Origin: a virus
Taxonomy: Duplodnaviria; Caudoviricetes
Length of the DNA stretch: 64,000 nucleotides
Virus record (IMG/VR): IMGVR_UViG_3300009037_000004
Coordinates: 64,001 to 128,000 of that record
Direction: 5' to 3' (one strand)
Shown piece by piece: positions 48,954 to 57,521 of this stretch; the first letter of the stretch is position 1; every line of letters begins with the position of its first letter. The notes under the pieces were generated by a model that made no database searches, had not been told where the DNA came from, and saw only the letters and a list, made by a program, of their open reading frames with translations. The position numbers and the translations under genes were made by a program.

Positions 48954-49187
48954 TCACTCCGTTGGTATCTTGCCCCAACCCCTTGGTCTGATCGGTTCCT
49001 GCTTGGGGATCTCTATGATCTCCAAGCCGCCCGTGCGCTGACATTTTCGACAATGTCCGTAGTCCCCTCCGCCGGCGAAGGGCTTAATGATCTGGCCCAC
49101 CTCGTGCCGGACCATCGGTAGTTCTGTTGTCCATCCGCAATGGATGCACCTCGCTTTCGCCATCGGACCTTTTCGTCTTGTTGACAT
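48954..49187 (-). CDS. Zinc-finger protein
   Basis: CIHC...CRKC. Confidence 0.55.
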   Translation of the reverse strand: MSTRRKGPMAKARCIHCGWTTELPMVRHEVGQIIKPFAGGGDYGHCRKCQRTGGLEIIEIPKQEPIRPRGWGKIPTE

Positions 49188-49479
49188 TGAACCCTCCATA
49201 CTTCTTTGCCATCTGCTGGAATGCCTTCGCGAACTCGTGCGCCGGCATCTCTTTCCCCGGGGCGGTCGGTGGGGGGCGTAGCTCCCCCCTGACCAAAGCC
49301 GCCCGAAGAAGATCGGTGTAGACCAGGAAGAGCATCTTCAACTCTTCCTGGGTCCTCTTCACGAAATGGCTGACCATCTTGTAGCAGTTCTCGCAGATCA
49401 AGACGCCCTGGAAGACCCTTGGCGGATCTGGGAGCTTTGCGCCACAATTCAGGCAAGTTTCGATTGATCGGGACTTCAT
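49084..49479 (-). CDS. Zinc-finger protein
   Basis: CLNC...CENC. Confidence 0.6.
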   Translation of the reverse strand: MKSRSIETCLNCGAKLPDPPRVFQGVLICENCYKMVSHFVKRTQEELKMLFLVYTDLLRAALVRGELRPPPTAPGKEMPAHEFAKAFQQMAKKYGGFNVNKTKRSDGESEVHPLRMDNRTTDGPARGGPDH

Positions 49480-49736
49480 GTCGCCTCCCAGATGATTCGA
49501 TCCCCCACACCTGCAAGGCGGATGATGCGTTTCGGCAGAGCCAGCATAGCCCCGCTGATGTTCACCGCCACGATGCTACCTTCCTCACCAACGTGGTCCA
49601 GCGACTTGTGTGTCCTTGTGATCTCTTCCAGCCTCATGTCGGGGATCTCGTACTTCACGCCCGTGTAGGTCACGAACCACATCACGGAGAAAGGAGTGCC
49701 TTCACTGGTTTGAAACTCCTTCGATGGATCGGGCAT
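49476..49736 (-). CDS. Hypothetical protein
   Basis: 86 aa, AGGAG RBS. Confidence 0.6.
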   Translation of the reverse strand: MPDPSKEFQTSEGTPFSVMWFVTYTGVKYEIPDMRLEEITRTHKSLDHVGEEGSIVAVNISGAMLALPKRIIRLAGVGDRIIWEAT

Positions 49737-50266
49737 GGTCCAAACTCCTTCAAGGCTCGAAGATGATCCGCCGTTCCATACCCCCTATGACGATCGAATC
49801 TATACCGAGGATACTCCAGATGGTAGTCATCCATCCAGCCACACTGATGATACTTCGCCAAGATCGAGGCAGCCGAAACGGCTGGGTGAGTGACGTCCGC
49901 CTTCACAACGGGCACCACGTACCTGAAGTCGGGGATGAAGCGGTTCCCGTCCACGACCATCTCTGCCGCCTGCCTGTGGAAGAGCATTCCCACCTTCGCC
50001 AGCTCCTTCATGGCTTCCTTCCAGCAGAAGGAGAGTCCCTTCGCATCTATCAGGTCGGCTGGGCGGTGGACGATCTTGTACACCAGAGCGGCGTCCATGA
50101 TCTTCCCGGCAAGCTCCTCCCGCTGCTCCTCCGCGATGGCCTTAGAGTCCCGCACGCCGGCGGGAACTAGATCCGCGTCAATGATGACGACGGCCGCGGT
50201 CATGGGCCCCGCCAGAGTTCCCATACCGGCCTCGTCGATTCCGATCAGGAGTCCATCTTTCGACAT
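49682..50266 (-). CDS. rnhB: Ribonuclease HII
   Basis: GIDEAG..LAGP, RDSK, VDGN, KAD, SAASILAK, GYGT..H, HRRSFKP. Confidence 0.93.
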   Translation of the reverse strand: MSKDGLLIGIDEAGMGTLAGPMTAAVVIIDADLVPAGVRDSKAIAEEQREELAGKIMDAALVYKIVHRPADLIDAKGLSFCWKEAMKELAKVGMLFHRQAAEMVVDGNRFIPDFRYVVPVVKADVTHPAVSAASILAKYHQCGWMDDYHLEYPRYRFDRHRGYGTADHLRALKEFGPCPIHRRSFKPVKALLSP

Positions 50267-50360
50267 CTGAGACCTCCGGCAAACCTTGGTTGATCACAGT
50301 TATAAGAAACGTACTTGAAATCCTCAACTGAGCCCTTAAATGGGAGCAAGGAGCACAGGC

Positions 50361-50732
50361 ATGCGACAGACTACCAAGACAACTGGCGTAGTCATCGGCC
50401 ATCAACTCAGACACCTTCCGCAAAAAGTGGAGCAGTACAGTGGGGGCGACATCCTCACGAAAGCCCGAAAGATCGGCACCTTCCTCGAGATCGTGGTGGA
50501 GGGGAGAAGCCAACATATCCGATGCCGGAGAGAAGACGAGGAACGAGGCCTCGATCCCGATGAGAATCCGACTCCGGATATCTGCACTCCCATCTACAAC
50601 CTCATGGCCAAGCGCTATCCTCTCTGCTCCGAGCAGCCGCTGGTCAAGTACGAGGAGGAGATCGAGGTGGAGCCGGCGAAGGAAGGCAAGGAAGCCAAGA
50701 AGAAGGTGAAGGTCTGGTACGCGCTGAAGTGA
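50361..50732 (+). CDS. Hypothetical protein
   Basis: AAGGAG RBS, upstream TATAAG motif, downstream terminator. Confidence 0.65.
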   Translation: MRQTTKTTGVVIGHQLRHLPQKVEQYSGGDILTKARKIGTFLEIVVEGRSQHIRCRREDEERGLDPDENPTPDICTPIYNLMAKRYPLCSEQPLVKYEEEIEVEPAKEGKEAKKKVKVWYALK

Positions 50733-50737
50733 TCGCA

Positions 50738-50775
50738 AAAGAAAGAGGACACCCAGCAAGGTGTCCCCTTTCTTT
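50738..50775. terminator. Bidirectional intrinsic terminator
   Basis: GGACACC/GGTGTCC stem with A-rich and T-rich flanks between convergent genes. Confidence 0.65.
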
Positions 50776-51163
50776 ACTTCCGCTCTGCCTGGGTCTTGAG
50801 GGCGTTCTCGAACGCCTCGCGCCCAGCGTCCATGAAGCAGGCTACGCCCGCCATGAAGGCGTAGACCCCGAGATCGAAGAACGTCTCGGAGGCTCTCTCG
50901 CCCACCTTATCTTGCGCCCCAGCCAGCTCGAGGTTGGCGGCTCGAATCAGCTTGTCGAGCATCCTCGTGAGAAGGCCATGGATGATCTGTCGTCTGGCTG
51001 TGGAAAGAGTCAGACCCGCTGGGAACCAGAGGTTCAGGGTCTGCCCGGTCAACAGCCAGGAGTTGCCATAGTTGTCGTTCTTGTTCTCGAACTTGGCTGC
51101 CCAGGCTTTGATGGCCTCTGGCACCAACTTCGCGAGATCTTGGTTGCTCAGAACATCGCCCAT
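50774..51163 (-). CDS. Nucleotide-modification-associated (DUF1599-like) protein
   Basis: FENKNDNYGNSW...RMLDKLIR...ETFFDLGVYA. Confidence 0.6.
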   Translation of the reverse strand: MGDVLSNQDLAKLVPEAIKAWAAKFENKNDNYGNSWLLTGQTLNLWFPAGLTLSTARRQIIHGLLTRMLDKLIRAANLELAGAQDKVGERASETFFDLGVYAFMAGVACFMDAGREAFENALKTQAERK

Positions 51164-51633
51164 AGATCCTCCTTGGAGGGCTGCCCGAACATGCCGATGA
51201 GGTTGTTGTAAAGCCTGGTCACCTTCTGCGTCCATGCTAGATCACGGACCCGGTAGCCCCACTGGTAGTGACTCCAGAACGGGTGGGCAGAATCACCGCA
51301 ATTCCTACGATGGTAATTCCGCCACATCGCCAGCGTTCGAGTGCCGTACTTGATGTTAGTCCCCGGATGAAGGAGCACTTCTTCAGAACCCAGGAGGCGG
51401 GGGTACGAGTTCTTAGAGACGTGCACCTGCATGAGTCCGAAATCGTGCGTGGAAGAACGAACCGATGCCCTCCAGCTTTTTCCCGTCTCGACGTGGATGA
51501 TCGCCGCGATGAGAAACGGGTCGATCCGCTGCCGTTGTGCCTCACGGATTATGAGGCGTGAGTAGTGGGCGGCGTAAGTAGGTCCGAGATGCGGTGCCAG
51601 CATCGTGATCGCCGCGAGGAGCATCTTCAACAT
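51148..51633 (-). CDS. Lytic transglycosylase (SLT domain)
   Basis: IDPFLIAAIIHVET, FGLMQV, NIKYGT; hydrophobic N-terminus. Confidence 0.85.
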   Translation of the reverse strand: MLKMLLAAITMLAPHLGPTYAAHYSRLIIREAQRQRIDPFLIAAIIHVETGKSWRASVRSSTHDFGLMQVHVSKNSYPRLLGSEEVLLHPGTNIKYGTRTLAMWRNYHRRNCGDSAHPFWSHYQWGYRVRDLAWTQKVTRLYNNLIGMFGQPSKEDLWAMF

Positions 51634-51645
51634 GGTGGGCTCCCT

Positions 51646-52293
51646 TCATGATAGATCGGGGTTGGCCAAGGCGATGTACTCCGGCGTACCTCCTTCCGAG
51701 ATCTTGACTGCCTTGCCCTTTTCCAGCTCCTCGAGCTGCTCCAGCGGGAGCCCCTCCAGAAGCATCTTGAACTCAGATACGTGCTGCTGGTTCTCGGAGG
51801 CGACGGTCTCCAGCTCCAGCTCAGCCTGGGTGAACAGATCGGTGTAGTGCTTGTTGATCTCCGCCAGCTCTCTGTCTCGCTCTTCTTCCAGCATCTTCTT
51901 GTTCCGGTTGAACGTCTCACGGAGTTCCTGGATGGCGGATTCTGTCACCCGTTCGATGTCCTTCATTACTGCCCGACAGGTGTTCATCGTGGACTTGACC
52001 TTCTCGGTCCTCTCGGCCCCGAACTTCGCCACGTTGTCCGTGATCTTCCTCCTCAGCCGGGTCTCCTCCTTCCGAGCCACCTTCTCTGCGCGTTCCCTGA
52101 GCTTGTAGATCAACGCGCCCCGACGCTCCAGGACCGCTTCCGCCGCAAGGATCTCTGCCAGCTCCTTCTCTTCGGCTGGAGGGAGCCGGTCGTGATTCTT
52201 CGCCTTCTTCGCCACCAGCTCGGTCTTGCGATCCACCTTCTTCTCCTCGGGCGGAGAGGGAGGGATCGGCTTGGGCTGGATCTGTTTCTCCAT
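51646..52293 (-). CDS. Coiled-coil protein
   Basis: E/K-rich; start MEKQIQ with GGAGG RBS. Confidence 0.65.
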   Translation of the reverse strand: MEKQIQPKPIPPSPPEEKKVDRKTELVAKKAKNHDRLPPAEEKELAEILAAEAVLERRGALIYKLRERAEKVARKEETRLRRKITDNVAKFGAERTEKVKSTMNTCRAVMKDIERVTESAIQELRETFNRNKKMLEEERDRELAEINKHYTDLFTQAELELETVASENQQHVSEFKMLLEGLPLEQLEELEKGKAVKISEGGTPEYIALANPDLS

Positions 52294-52294
52294 C

Positions 52295-52855
52295 TTAGAC
52301 CTCCTTCGCTCGTGGATCTTCCACGATAGCATCCTCCACGAGCATGCTCCAGAGGATGAAGACGTAGTTGATGGCGTCCGCCATCCGGCCCTCGATCGGC
52401 TCGCTCTTGACCTGGCGGGTGCAGACCCAGGAGAGGATCGCCTGGATGTGCTTCACGAAGTAGACCGCCCAGGTGACGTACTTGTCGATCCCCTGCCGGG
52501 CGGAGAGGAGATCGGCGACCCCCTGGAAGTTGGCGTTGGCTGAGATCATCGCCCCCATCCGACCGGCATCATCCGGCGCGTCCTGGAGGTATTGGGTGTA
52601 GTCCCGTCCCTTCGCCTTCATGATCGGGTGAACGTACTTGTCGATGATCGCACTCACCACCTCCAGTCTCTCCTCCGCCGGCATCGGACGTGGGAAGCCA
52701 GGTTTGGGAGAAGGCAGCGCCAAGAGGTAGTTGATCAGGTCTGCACTCTTGACCTGAGAGATGTCCTTCGGCCCCCTCTTCTGAGGGTCGTGTTTCATTA
52801 CGAGTCGGCGAAGCTCTACGCGGGGCAGCCCATGCAGGTATTCTTCTGTGTACAT
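52295..52855 (-). CDS. DUF1599/MazG-like helical domain protein
   Basis: KGRDYT...ANF...YFVKH...SEPIEGRMADAINY. Confidence 0.5.
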   Translation of the reverse strand: MYTEEYLHGLPRVELRRLVMKHDPQKRGPKDISQVKSADLINYLLALPSPKPGFPRPMPAEERLEVVSAIIDKYVHPIMKAKGRDYTQYLQDAPDDAGRMGAMISANANFQGVADLLSARQGIDKYVTWAVYFVKHIQAILSWVCTRQVKSEPIEGRMADAINYVFILWSMLVEDAIVEDPRAKEV

Positions 52856-52864
52856 CTTCCCCTC

Positions 52865-53305
52865 CTACATCTCAGCCGGACTGGGCTGGGCAGGCGGGTC
52901 CACCTCGACCTTCACTCCCGCCGCCTCGAGCGTTCGGATCACCTCCGGGTTGTTCCGAATGGCCCAGCCGACCGTCACCCAGAGGAAGTTCTGGAGCTGC
53001 ATGAAGTCCCCATCCGCCATCTCCCGCGTGCGATCGAGACGAAGCCGGATGATGTGCTCCCCGATAGCCTCGTTCACGATGTTGATGCCGGCGTGGAAGA
53101 CGCCCTTTGGGATTGTCTGGTCAGGCGTGAGGTTGATGGTCTTGTCCATGAGCAGCCAGGCTGCGAGCTTCCCGGCCAGGGTTCCCCGGTCGGCTTCGTC
53201 ATCACAGCGCAGGCCGGGACACTCGTTCGCCAGGAAGTGCCCCAGCCCAGCGATCAGCTTGACGAGGTCTTCCCTGGTGTACCTTGCTTGGGTGTCAGCA
53301 GTCAT
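52865..53305 (-). CDS. Hypothetical protein
   Basis: Start MTADTQ at ATGA overlap. Confidence 0.6.
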   Translation of the reverse strand: MTADTQARYTREDLVKLIAGLGHFLANECPGLRCDDEADRGTLAGKLAAWLLMDKTINLTPDQTIPKGVFHAGINIVNEAIGEHIIRLRLDRTREMADGDFMQLQNFLWVTVGWAIRNNPEVIRTLEAAGVKVEVDPPAQPSPAEM

Positions 53306-53814
53306 TGATCCTCCTTCGGTTCGAGGAACTTGTCCTCCAGCCACCGCATAAGATAGTCGATCACGCTGGTGGCCATTCTGATTTGTGGATGCTGGGTCAT
53401 ACCCGCGGGCTCGAACTTAGTGAACTTGAGCTTGTCCACCAGCCGATCCAGGGGAACCCCATGTTGTAGAGCCTGGGAGAAGACGATGGCGAATACGTTG
53501 AGGAGACCTGAAATGAAGTCCCCCATCTTGGACGACTTGATAAAGATTTCTCCCAGCGTCCCATCCCCATAACAAGCAGCGGTCAGGTAGCCCTCGATCT
53601 TGCCCTTCCCGAACCCAATCTCGAATTTGTGTTCCGTGCCGCCTCGTTCAACCGGCAATCGGAAGCGGGCAGATCTGAGCGGGGAGGGGTAGATACCGAT
53701 GCCCTGGAGTTTGAGGAGAGCTTTCTCGAAATCCTCCTGGGCACAGGACAACATGAAGGCCGCGTTCTGGTAAACCTCCAGCAGACTCTCCCTCTCGGTT
53801 TCCTCTTCGGACAA
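53302..53814 (-). CDS. Stand-alone TSCPD domain (class II RNR NrdJ C-terminal-like)
   Basis: RLP.ER.G.THKF, GEIFI..SK.G, ALQHGVPL, KFEPAG, ATSVIDY. Confidence 0.8.
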   Translation of the reverse strand: MSEEETERESLLEVYQNAAFMLSCAQEDFEKALLKLQGIGIYPSPLRSARFRLPVERGGTEHKFEIGFGKGKIEGYLTAACYGDGTLGEIFIKSSKMGDFISGLLNVFAIVFSQALQHGVPLDRLVDKLKFTKFEPAGMTQHPQIRMATSVIDYLMRWLEDKFLEPKEDQ

Positions 53815-53826
53815 GGGAAGCCTCCT

Positions 53827-53859
53827 AAAACAGAGAGCCCCCGATCTGGGGGCTCTCTG
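53827..53859 (-). terminator. Intrinsic terminator
   Basis: CAGAGAGCCCCC stem followed by TTTT on minus strand. Confidence 0.7.
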
Positions 53860-53876
53860 CTAGACCCGGAGTTGGA

Positions 53877-54497
53877 CTAGAACGTGAGCGTGGCGGAATC
53901 GGCGGCCGGCTTGGTCTCGTTGACCACCTGGCCGACGCCGTTCTTCCCCTCGGGCTTGGCTTCCGCCTTGGGGGCTGCCTTCTTGATGGAGGGCATCTTC
54001 CCGGTCTTGACAGGCTTCTTCACAGCCGCCTTCGCGGCCGGCTTGGCAGCCGCCTTCGCGGCCGGCTTCGCGGCCGGCTTGGCAGCCGCCTTCGCGGCCG
54101 GCTTGGCAGCCGCCTTCGCGGCCGGCTTGGCCTTCTGTGGGGCCTTGGGGGCCGCCTTCGGGGCAGCCTTGGCCTTCTGGGTCGGCTTGGCCTTCTTGGG
54201 GGCCTTGTCGGCCTTCTTGGGGGCCTTGGGCGCCTTCTCCGGGGCCTTGAAGCCTTCCTTCTCGGCCTTGGCGAACCAGGCCGCGCCGGCCTGGGTCATC
54301 TTGTACTCCCCGCGCTCCCCGATCTCGATGTGCTCGTTCTTCCGAATCATGCGGTAGGCATTCCGCACTTTCCGGTCGCCGTCATCGGCGTTCTTGAACG
54401 CCTTGGCGACGATGTCCGTGGTCTTCATGGACGGCCTCTTCGGGAGCTCCGATCCGAAGACCTTCAGAACCTTGATGTGATCGCTCTTGTACGGCAT
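53877..54497 (-). CDS. Histone H1-like DNA-binding protein (PAAKAAAK repeats)
   Basis: Globular N-terminus plus K/A/P-rich tail; AAGGAGG RBS. Confidence 0.75.
   Translation of the reverse strand: MPYKSDHIKVLKVFGSELPKRPSMKTTDIVAKAFKNADDGDRKVRNAYRMIRKNEHIEIGERGEYKMTQAGAAWFAKAEKEGFKAPEKAPKAPKKADKAPKKAKPTQKAKAAPKAAPKAPQKAKPAAKAAAKPAAKAAAKPAAKPAAKAAAKPAAKAAVKKPVKTGKMPSIKKAAPKAEAKPEGKNGVGQVVNETKPAADSATLTF
54025..54132. repeat. 24-bp coding tandem repeat (~4.5 copies)
   Basis: GCCGCCTTCGCGGCCGGCTTGGCA units encoding AKPAAKAA. Confidence 0.8.
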
Positions 54498-54687
54498 GGT
54501 GATCCTCCTTGTTGATCTCAGCCTTTGTCACTTTGGTCACTTCTACGATCGCTGTCAAGAGAAAATTGACCAACGGCTACTTGCCGGGTCGAGACGGGAA
54601 GACTTATAGCAGCGTTTCGATCCGGCTTTCAGGCAGATCGGTCAATTCTGTGGGATAAGGAAAAGGAATCAATCACTGGAGGTAGCC

Positions 54688-55197
54688 ATGAGAATCGATT
54701 ACGTGGCGGACGTTGATCTTCCGCCAGAAGGGAAATGGACTTCGGAGTCCATGCTCGACCCCCTTCATCCCATGCACGGCCCCTTACCCGACCTCTTTGG
54801 TCGGCTGGCAGTAGAAACCCAAGCTCCAGGGATCAACTACTTCGAGGTCGCTCTTTGGGACACGCCCAGCGCCATCCTCACGATGGTCGAACGTCGCGCG
54901 GAGGAAGATCCTGACCCAGCCGCCCCGATACACTCCATCGAGGAGGCACACTCACAGGGAGGGTGGATCGCCAGGACTTTTCTCTGGAAGATAAGAGAGG
55001 GAGGACGTGCCTTCATCTGCGGATCGGCGGAAGTCTTCATCCCCAACATCCCTTCCGGAACGGAATACCTGAAGGAGTGGAGTCGGCTCATCTACCGGGA
55101 AGTCATGGTGGAGTCAGTGCGACTAACGGTCTCAGCTTCGTTAGGAAGGGAGGTGATGGAGACGTTCAGGAAGTTGCGTCAGATGTCGTCTCGGTAG
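54688..55197 (+). CDS. Hypothetical protein
   Basis: GGAGG RBS, upstream GGGATAAG. Confidence 0.65.
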   Translation: MRIDYVADVDLPPEGKWTSESMLDPLHPMHGPLPDLFGRLAVETQAPGINYFEVALWDTPSAILTMVERRAEEDPDPAAPIHSIEEAHSQGGWIARTFLWKIREGGRAFICGSAEVFIPNIPSGTEYLKEWSRLIYREVMVESVRLTVSASLGREVMETFRKLRQMSSR

Positions 55198-55266
55198 CGG
55201 GGGCCGGATTCGGACCGGCGGCCTCTTGGGTATGAACCAAGCGTGATGCCACTTCACTACCCCGCA
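55195..55266 (-). tRNA. tRNA-Met(CAT), initiator-like
   Basis: Cloverleaf, anticodon CAT, 1:72 mismatch; T-loop TCCGAAT. Confidence 0.8.
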
Positions 55267-55437
55267 TCAAAGACCGCCAGTACCGGGGCGGCCAACCGGT
55301 CGATCAAGGTCCGCTGGGTGTCTTGGCTCTCACCAGCCCATCCAGCGGACCTCTCTCGAAACTGTGTGCTTTGGCTACATGGCTTTTGATGGTCTCCCAT
55401 CCCTCGGTGAGTAGGTGTGGTCCATCTCGCAAGTCTC

Positions 55438-55467
55438 AGAGTAAACAGATCGGAAGAGGCTTGTCAA
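55438..55467 (-). promoter_or_regulatory. Sigma70-like promoter
   Basis: TTGACA-N18-TACTCT upstream of structured leader and tRNA-Met. Confidence 0.55.
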
Positions 55468-55510
55468 CTACCTTCCAATCATGAAGATTGGATGTTCACA
55501 GGAGGATTCG

Positions 55511-55708
55511 ATGTCGAAGAAGATTGGGATCAATATCAGAGTAGGCAGGAGGACGGTGAAGGAGGTCGGTAGGTTCATCCTGAAGATCCTGACCTCCAAG
55601 GCCGACCAGACCACCATGCAGACGGCCCTCACTGTTCTAGGTCAATGCTCCAGCGTCCGCGACACCAACCTTAGTGGGAACTGCGTCAAGTTCGAGAAGG
55701 AGGAGTAG
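55511..55708 (+). CDS. Hypothetical protein
   Basis: GGAGG RBS, ends at terminator. Confidence 0.55.
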   Translation: MSKKIGINIRVGRRTVKEVGRFILKILTSKADQTTMQTALTVLGQCSSVRDTNLSGNCVKFEKEE

Positions 55709-55714
55709 CAGATC

Positions 55715-55742
55715 AAAGAGGGGGCCATCCCCCTCTTTCTTT
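55715..55742. terminator. Bidirectional intrinsic terminator
   Basis: AAAGAGGGGG-CCAT-CCCCCTCTTT. Confidence 0.65.
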
Positions 55743-56604
55743 ACCTTCCAGGCCAGCCGGGAGGGGGCTTGCAGCCTGTCTCCTCCTTCGGGAAGGCGGA
55801 CGGACGGTGGGCCGTCACAGGCTTCTGCTCCAGGTCCACGCCCCTCTGCGTGAGCTCCTCCCGGTCCCCGTAGTGGATCGTCATCTCCACGTCTGGCTTG
55901 TCGTGGGCCTTCTGGAAGGTGGTGGTCACGACCCTATGTCCCATCTCAGCTCCGAACTCCGTCCCGAGAGACGGGGAGACAGCAGAGTTCATGATCTGGC
56001 CAGAGTCCTCACGAATCTCTCCTCCCCGTTCGACCTCCCCAGAGCAGTTGGTCTGCATCCCCCCGGCTGAGTGGCTGTAGTTGCTAGAAGGTGACCAGTC
56101 CATGTTGCAGTCGCTAATCGGCGTACCCAGAGACTGACCTCGGAGGAAAGACCTCGACCTGACACCCGGGTTGCTGATGCCCTTGCATCCGATGGGGGTG
56201 CCCTCATACCTGATCTTGATCTCCGGCTGCTTCTCCTCGAAGAAGGCACACCCGATCACTCCGATGTTCTGGGGCTTGCCGGTCTTCCCTGCGTAGCTCT
56301 TCCCAGTCTTGTTGAACCGGAAGCTGGCCACCTTGTCGTTGTCCAGCCGCCACCCAGGGATCTCCATGAACTGGAAGGGGTTGAGGACGTAGCCGCCCGA
56401 GTCGTAGCTTGCCTCTTCCCCATTCATCACGGAGAGGCCATCGATGGTGGGGACGGCCAGGACTCTCTTCGCGGTGAGGTTGGCGATCCGGAGGGTGAAG
56501 TCGGAGCCCTTCCTACCCTCGATCCAGATCTCGCTGTTGTGGTGGTACTCTCGGACGGGGCGCCCATGCACTCGGATCTCGAGTGCTACTCGATCGTATT
56601 CCAT
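55741..56604 (-). CDS. Conserved-type hypothetical protein
   Basis: Start MEYDRV with AAGGAG; RVLAV.TIDGLSV..G, GYVL, IPGWR, NIGVIG.AFF, LGT.FG motifs. Confidence 0.7.
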   Translation of the reverse strand: MEYDRVALEIRVHGRPVREYHHNSEIWIEGRKGSDFTLRIANLTAKRVLAVPTIDGLSVMNGEEASYDSGGYVLNPFQFMEIPGWRLDNDKVASFRFNKTGKSYAGKTGKPQNIGVIGCAFFEEKQPEIKIRYEGTPIGCKGISNPGVRSRSFLRGQSLGTPISDCNMDWSPSSNYSHSAGGMQTNCSGEVERGGEIREDSGQIMNSAVSPSLGTEFGAEMGHRVVTTTFQKAHDKPDVEMTIHYGDREELTQRGVDLEQKPVTAHRPSAFPKEETGCKPPPGWPGR

Positions 56605-56668
56605 TGTCTTCTCCTTGCCGGACTTCTGCCTGGCGCCACGCCAGGACTTCTGCCGACACTTCGAAACC

Positions 56669-56697
56669 ATGGTAGACAAGGCAGGAGCGGAAGTCAA
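56669..56697 (-). promoter_or_regulatory. Sigma70-like promoter
   Basis: TTGACT-N17-TACCAT. Confidence 0.6.
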
Positions 56698-56754
56698 CTG
56701 CCGGTTTGGATTCCACGACCTGGCGGGTTGTGACGGAATCCAAACCGGCAGTTG
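56695..56754. repeat. Perfect 20-bp inverted repeat with 20-nt loop
   Basis: CAACTGCCGGTTTGGATTCC / GGAATCCAAACCGGCAGTTG. Confidence 0.85.
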
Positions 56755-56768
56755 GATTCCTTGACTTG

Positions 56769-56841
56769 CGCGGCCAGCAGGAATCGAACCTGCACTCCGG
56801 AGGTCCTTACCCTCCGTGCCCGGCCTTCGGGCCATGACCGC
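56769..56841 (-). ncRNA. tRNA-like RNA 1 (aberrant anticodon arm)
   Basis: Acceptor GCGGTCA/TGGCCGC, D stem GCCC/GGGC, T arm GCAGG-TTCGATT-CCTGC; CGGAG-GGTAAGGAC-CTCCG 9-nt loop. Confidence 0.7.
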
Positions 56842-56889
56842 AGTTGGGAGGAGAACCCTGGGAACATCTCCCAACGAACCCTTCCCAGG

Positions 56890-56970
56890 TGGCGTCGGGG
56901 GGAATCGAACACCCCGTCTCCTGCGTGCCCTTACGGGAGCACAGGCATCCTTCCACTGAACGACAACGCC
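56890..56970 (-). ncRNA. tRNA-like RNA 2 (anticodon replaced by extended stem with GUAA tetraloop)
   Basis: Acceptor GGCGTTG/CGACGCC, D arm GTTCAGTGGAAGGAT, TTCGATT T-loop; CCTG-TGCTCCC-GTAA-GGGCACG-CAGG. Confidence 0.7.
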
Positions 56971-56973
56971 ATG

Positions 56974-57147
56974 TGGGGCGTGATGGGGTTGAACCACCGT
57001 AACCAATCGGTCCGATTCACGTACTCCTGCAGAAGCAGGCGAGCCTCCCGATCGGTGCTCTTGTCCGTGCTCGCCGGGTGCCCCTCGCTCGGACTGCATG
57101 CCGTCCTCACGAGCTCTCCCCGGTCTGCTTTTCTGAGCTAACGCCCC
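56974..57147 (-). ncRNA. tRNA-like RNA 3 (174 nt; large insertions in D and anticodon loops)
   Basis: Acceptor GGGGCGT/ACGCCCC, TA-GCTC...GAGC D stem, CCGATCGG/CCGATTGG stem, T arm GGTGG-TTCAACC-CCATC. Confidence 0.7.
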
Positions 57148-57160
57148 GTAGATGCCCCTG

Positions 57161-57515
57161 CTACCGCAGGAGTGGGTACCTCCTCAGCAGCCCCTTGAGT
57201 TGGCTCTTGGGGGCAGGGACCAGCCCGATGGCCGTGAGCTGGCCATTCCAGGGCGGGTCGTTCTCTATGATGGGCTTGTGGGGCACGCTGGAAGCCTCCA
57301 GGAGCCTCTGAAGCTCCTGGAGCTGTCCTTGGTCCTGGGCAGCCAGAACAACGGCGTACGTGCCCGCTGGGAGCGTCCCAGGGCTACTCTCGCCGGCGGC
57401 GTGTACCACCTGGGCAGCGAGGAAGCCTCGTGGGAGATCCTGTCGGACGACGATGTAGTGGGTCAGGGGATCGTGGGAGGGCCCAGAGGGCTGACTGTCA
57501 AGGTCGAATCATCAT
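57161..57515 (-). CDS. Peptidyl-tRNA hydrolase 2-like protein, requiring +1 frameshift at CCT-TGA-C
   Basis: YIVVRQDL..G.LAAQVVHAA...TAIGLVP...PLL Pth2 pattern; no ATG/GTG/TTG in frame upstream of the motif; nearest ATGs need a +1 shift. Confidence 0.65.
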
Positions 57516-57521
57516 GTCCCC

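Noticed and set aside
54025-54132. CRISPR array
   Set aside because: The repeats are contiguous, in-frame coding repeats without spacers; no CRISPR array or cas, reverse transcriptase, integrase or transposase gene was recognised in the window.
56605-57099. N-terminal 165 aa of the 452-aa ORF
   Set aside because: Overlaps the tRNA-like RNAs and a promoter; the RBS supports a start at 56604.
57498-57500. In-frame UGA readthrough of the Pth2-like gene
   Set aside because: Careful counting shows the Pth2 motif is in the +1 frame relative to the ATG, so readthrough gives an unrelated peptide.
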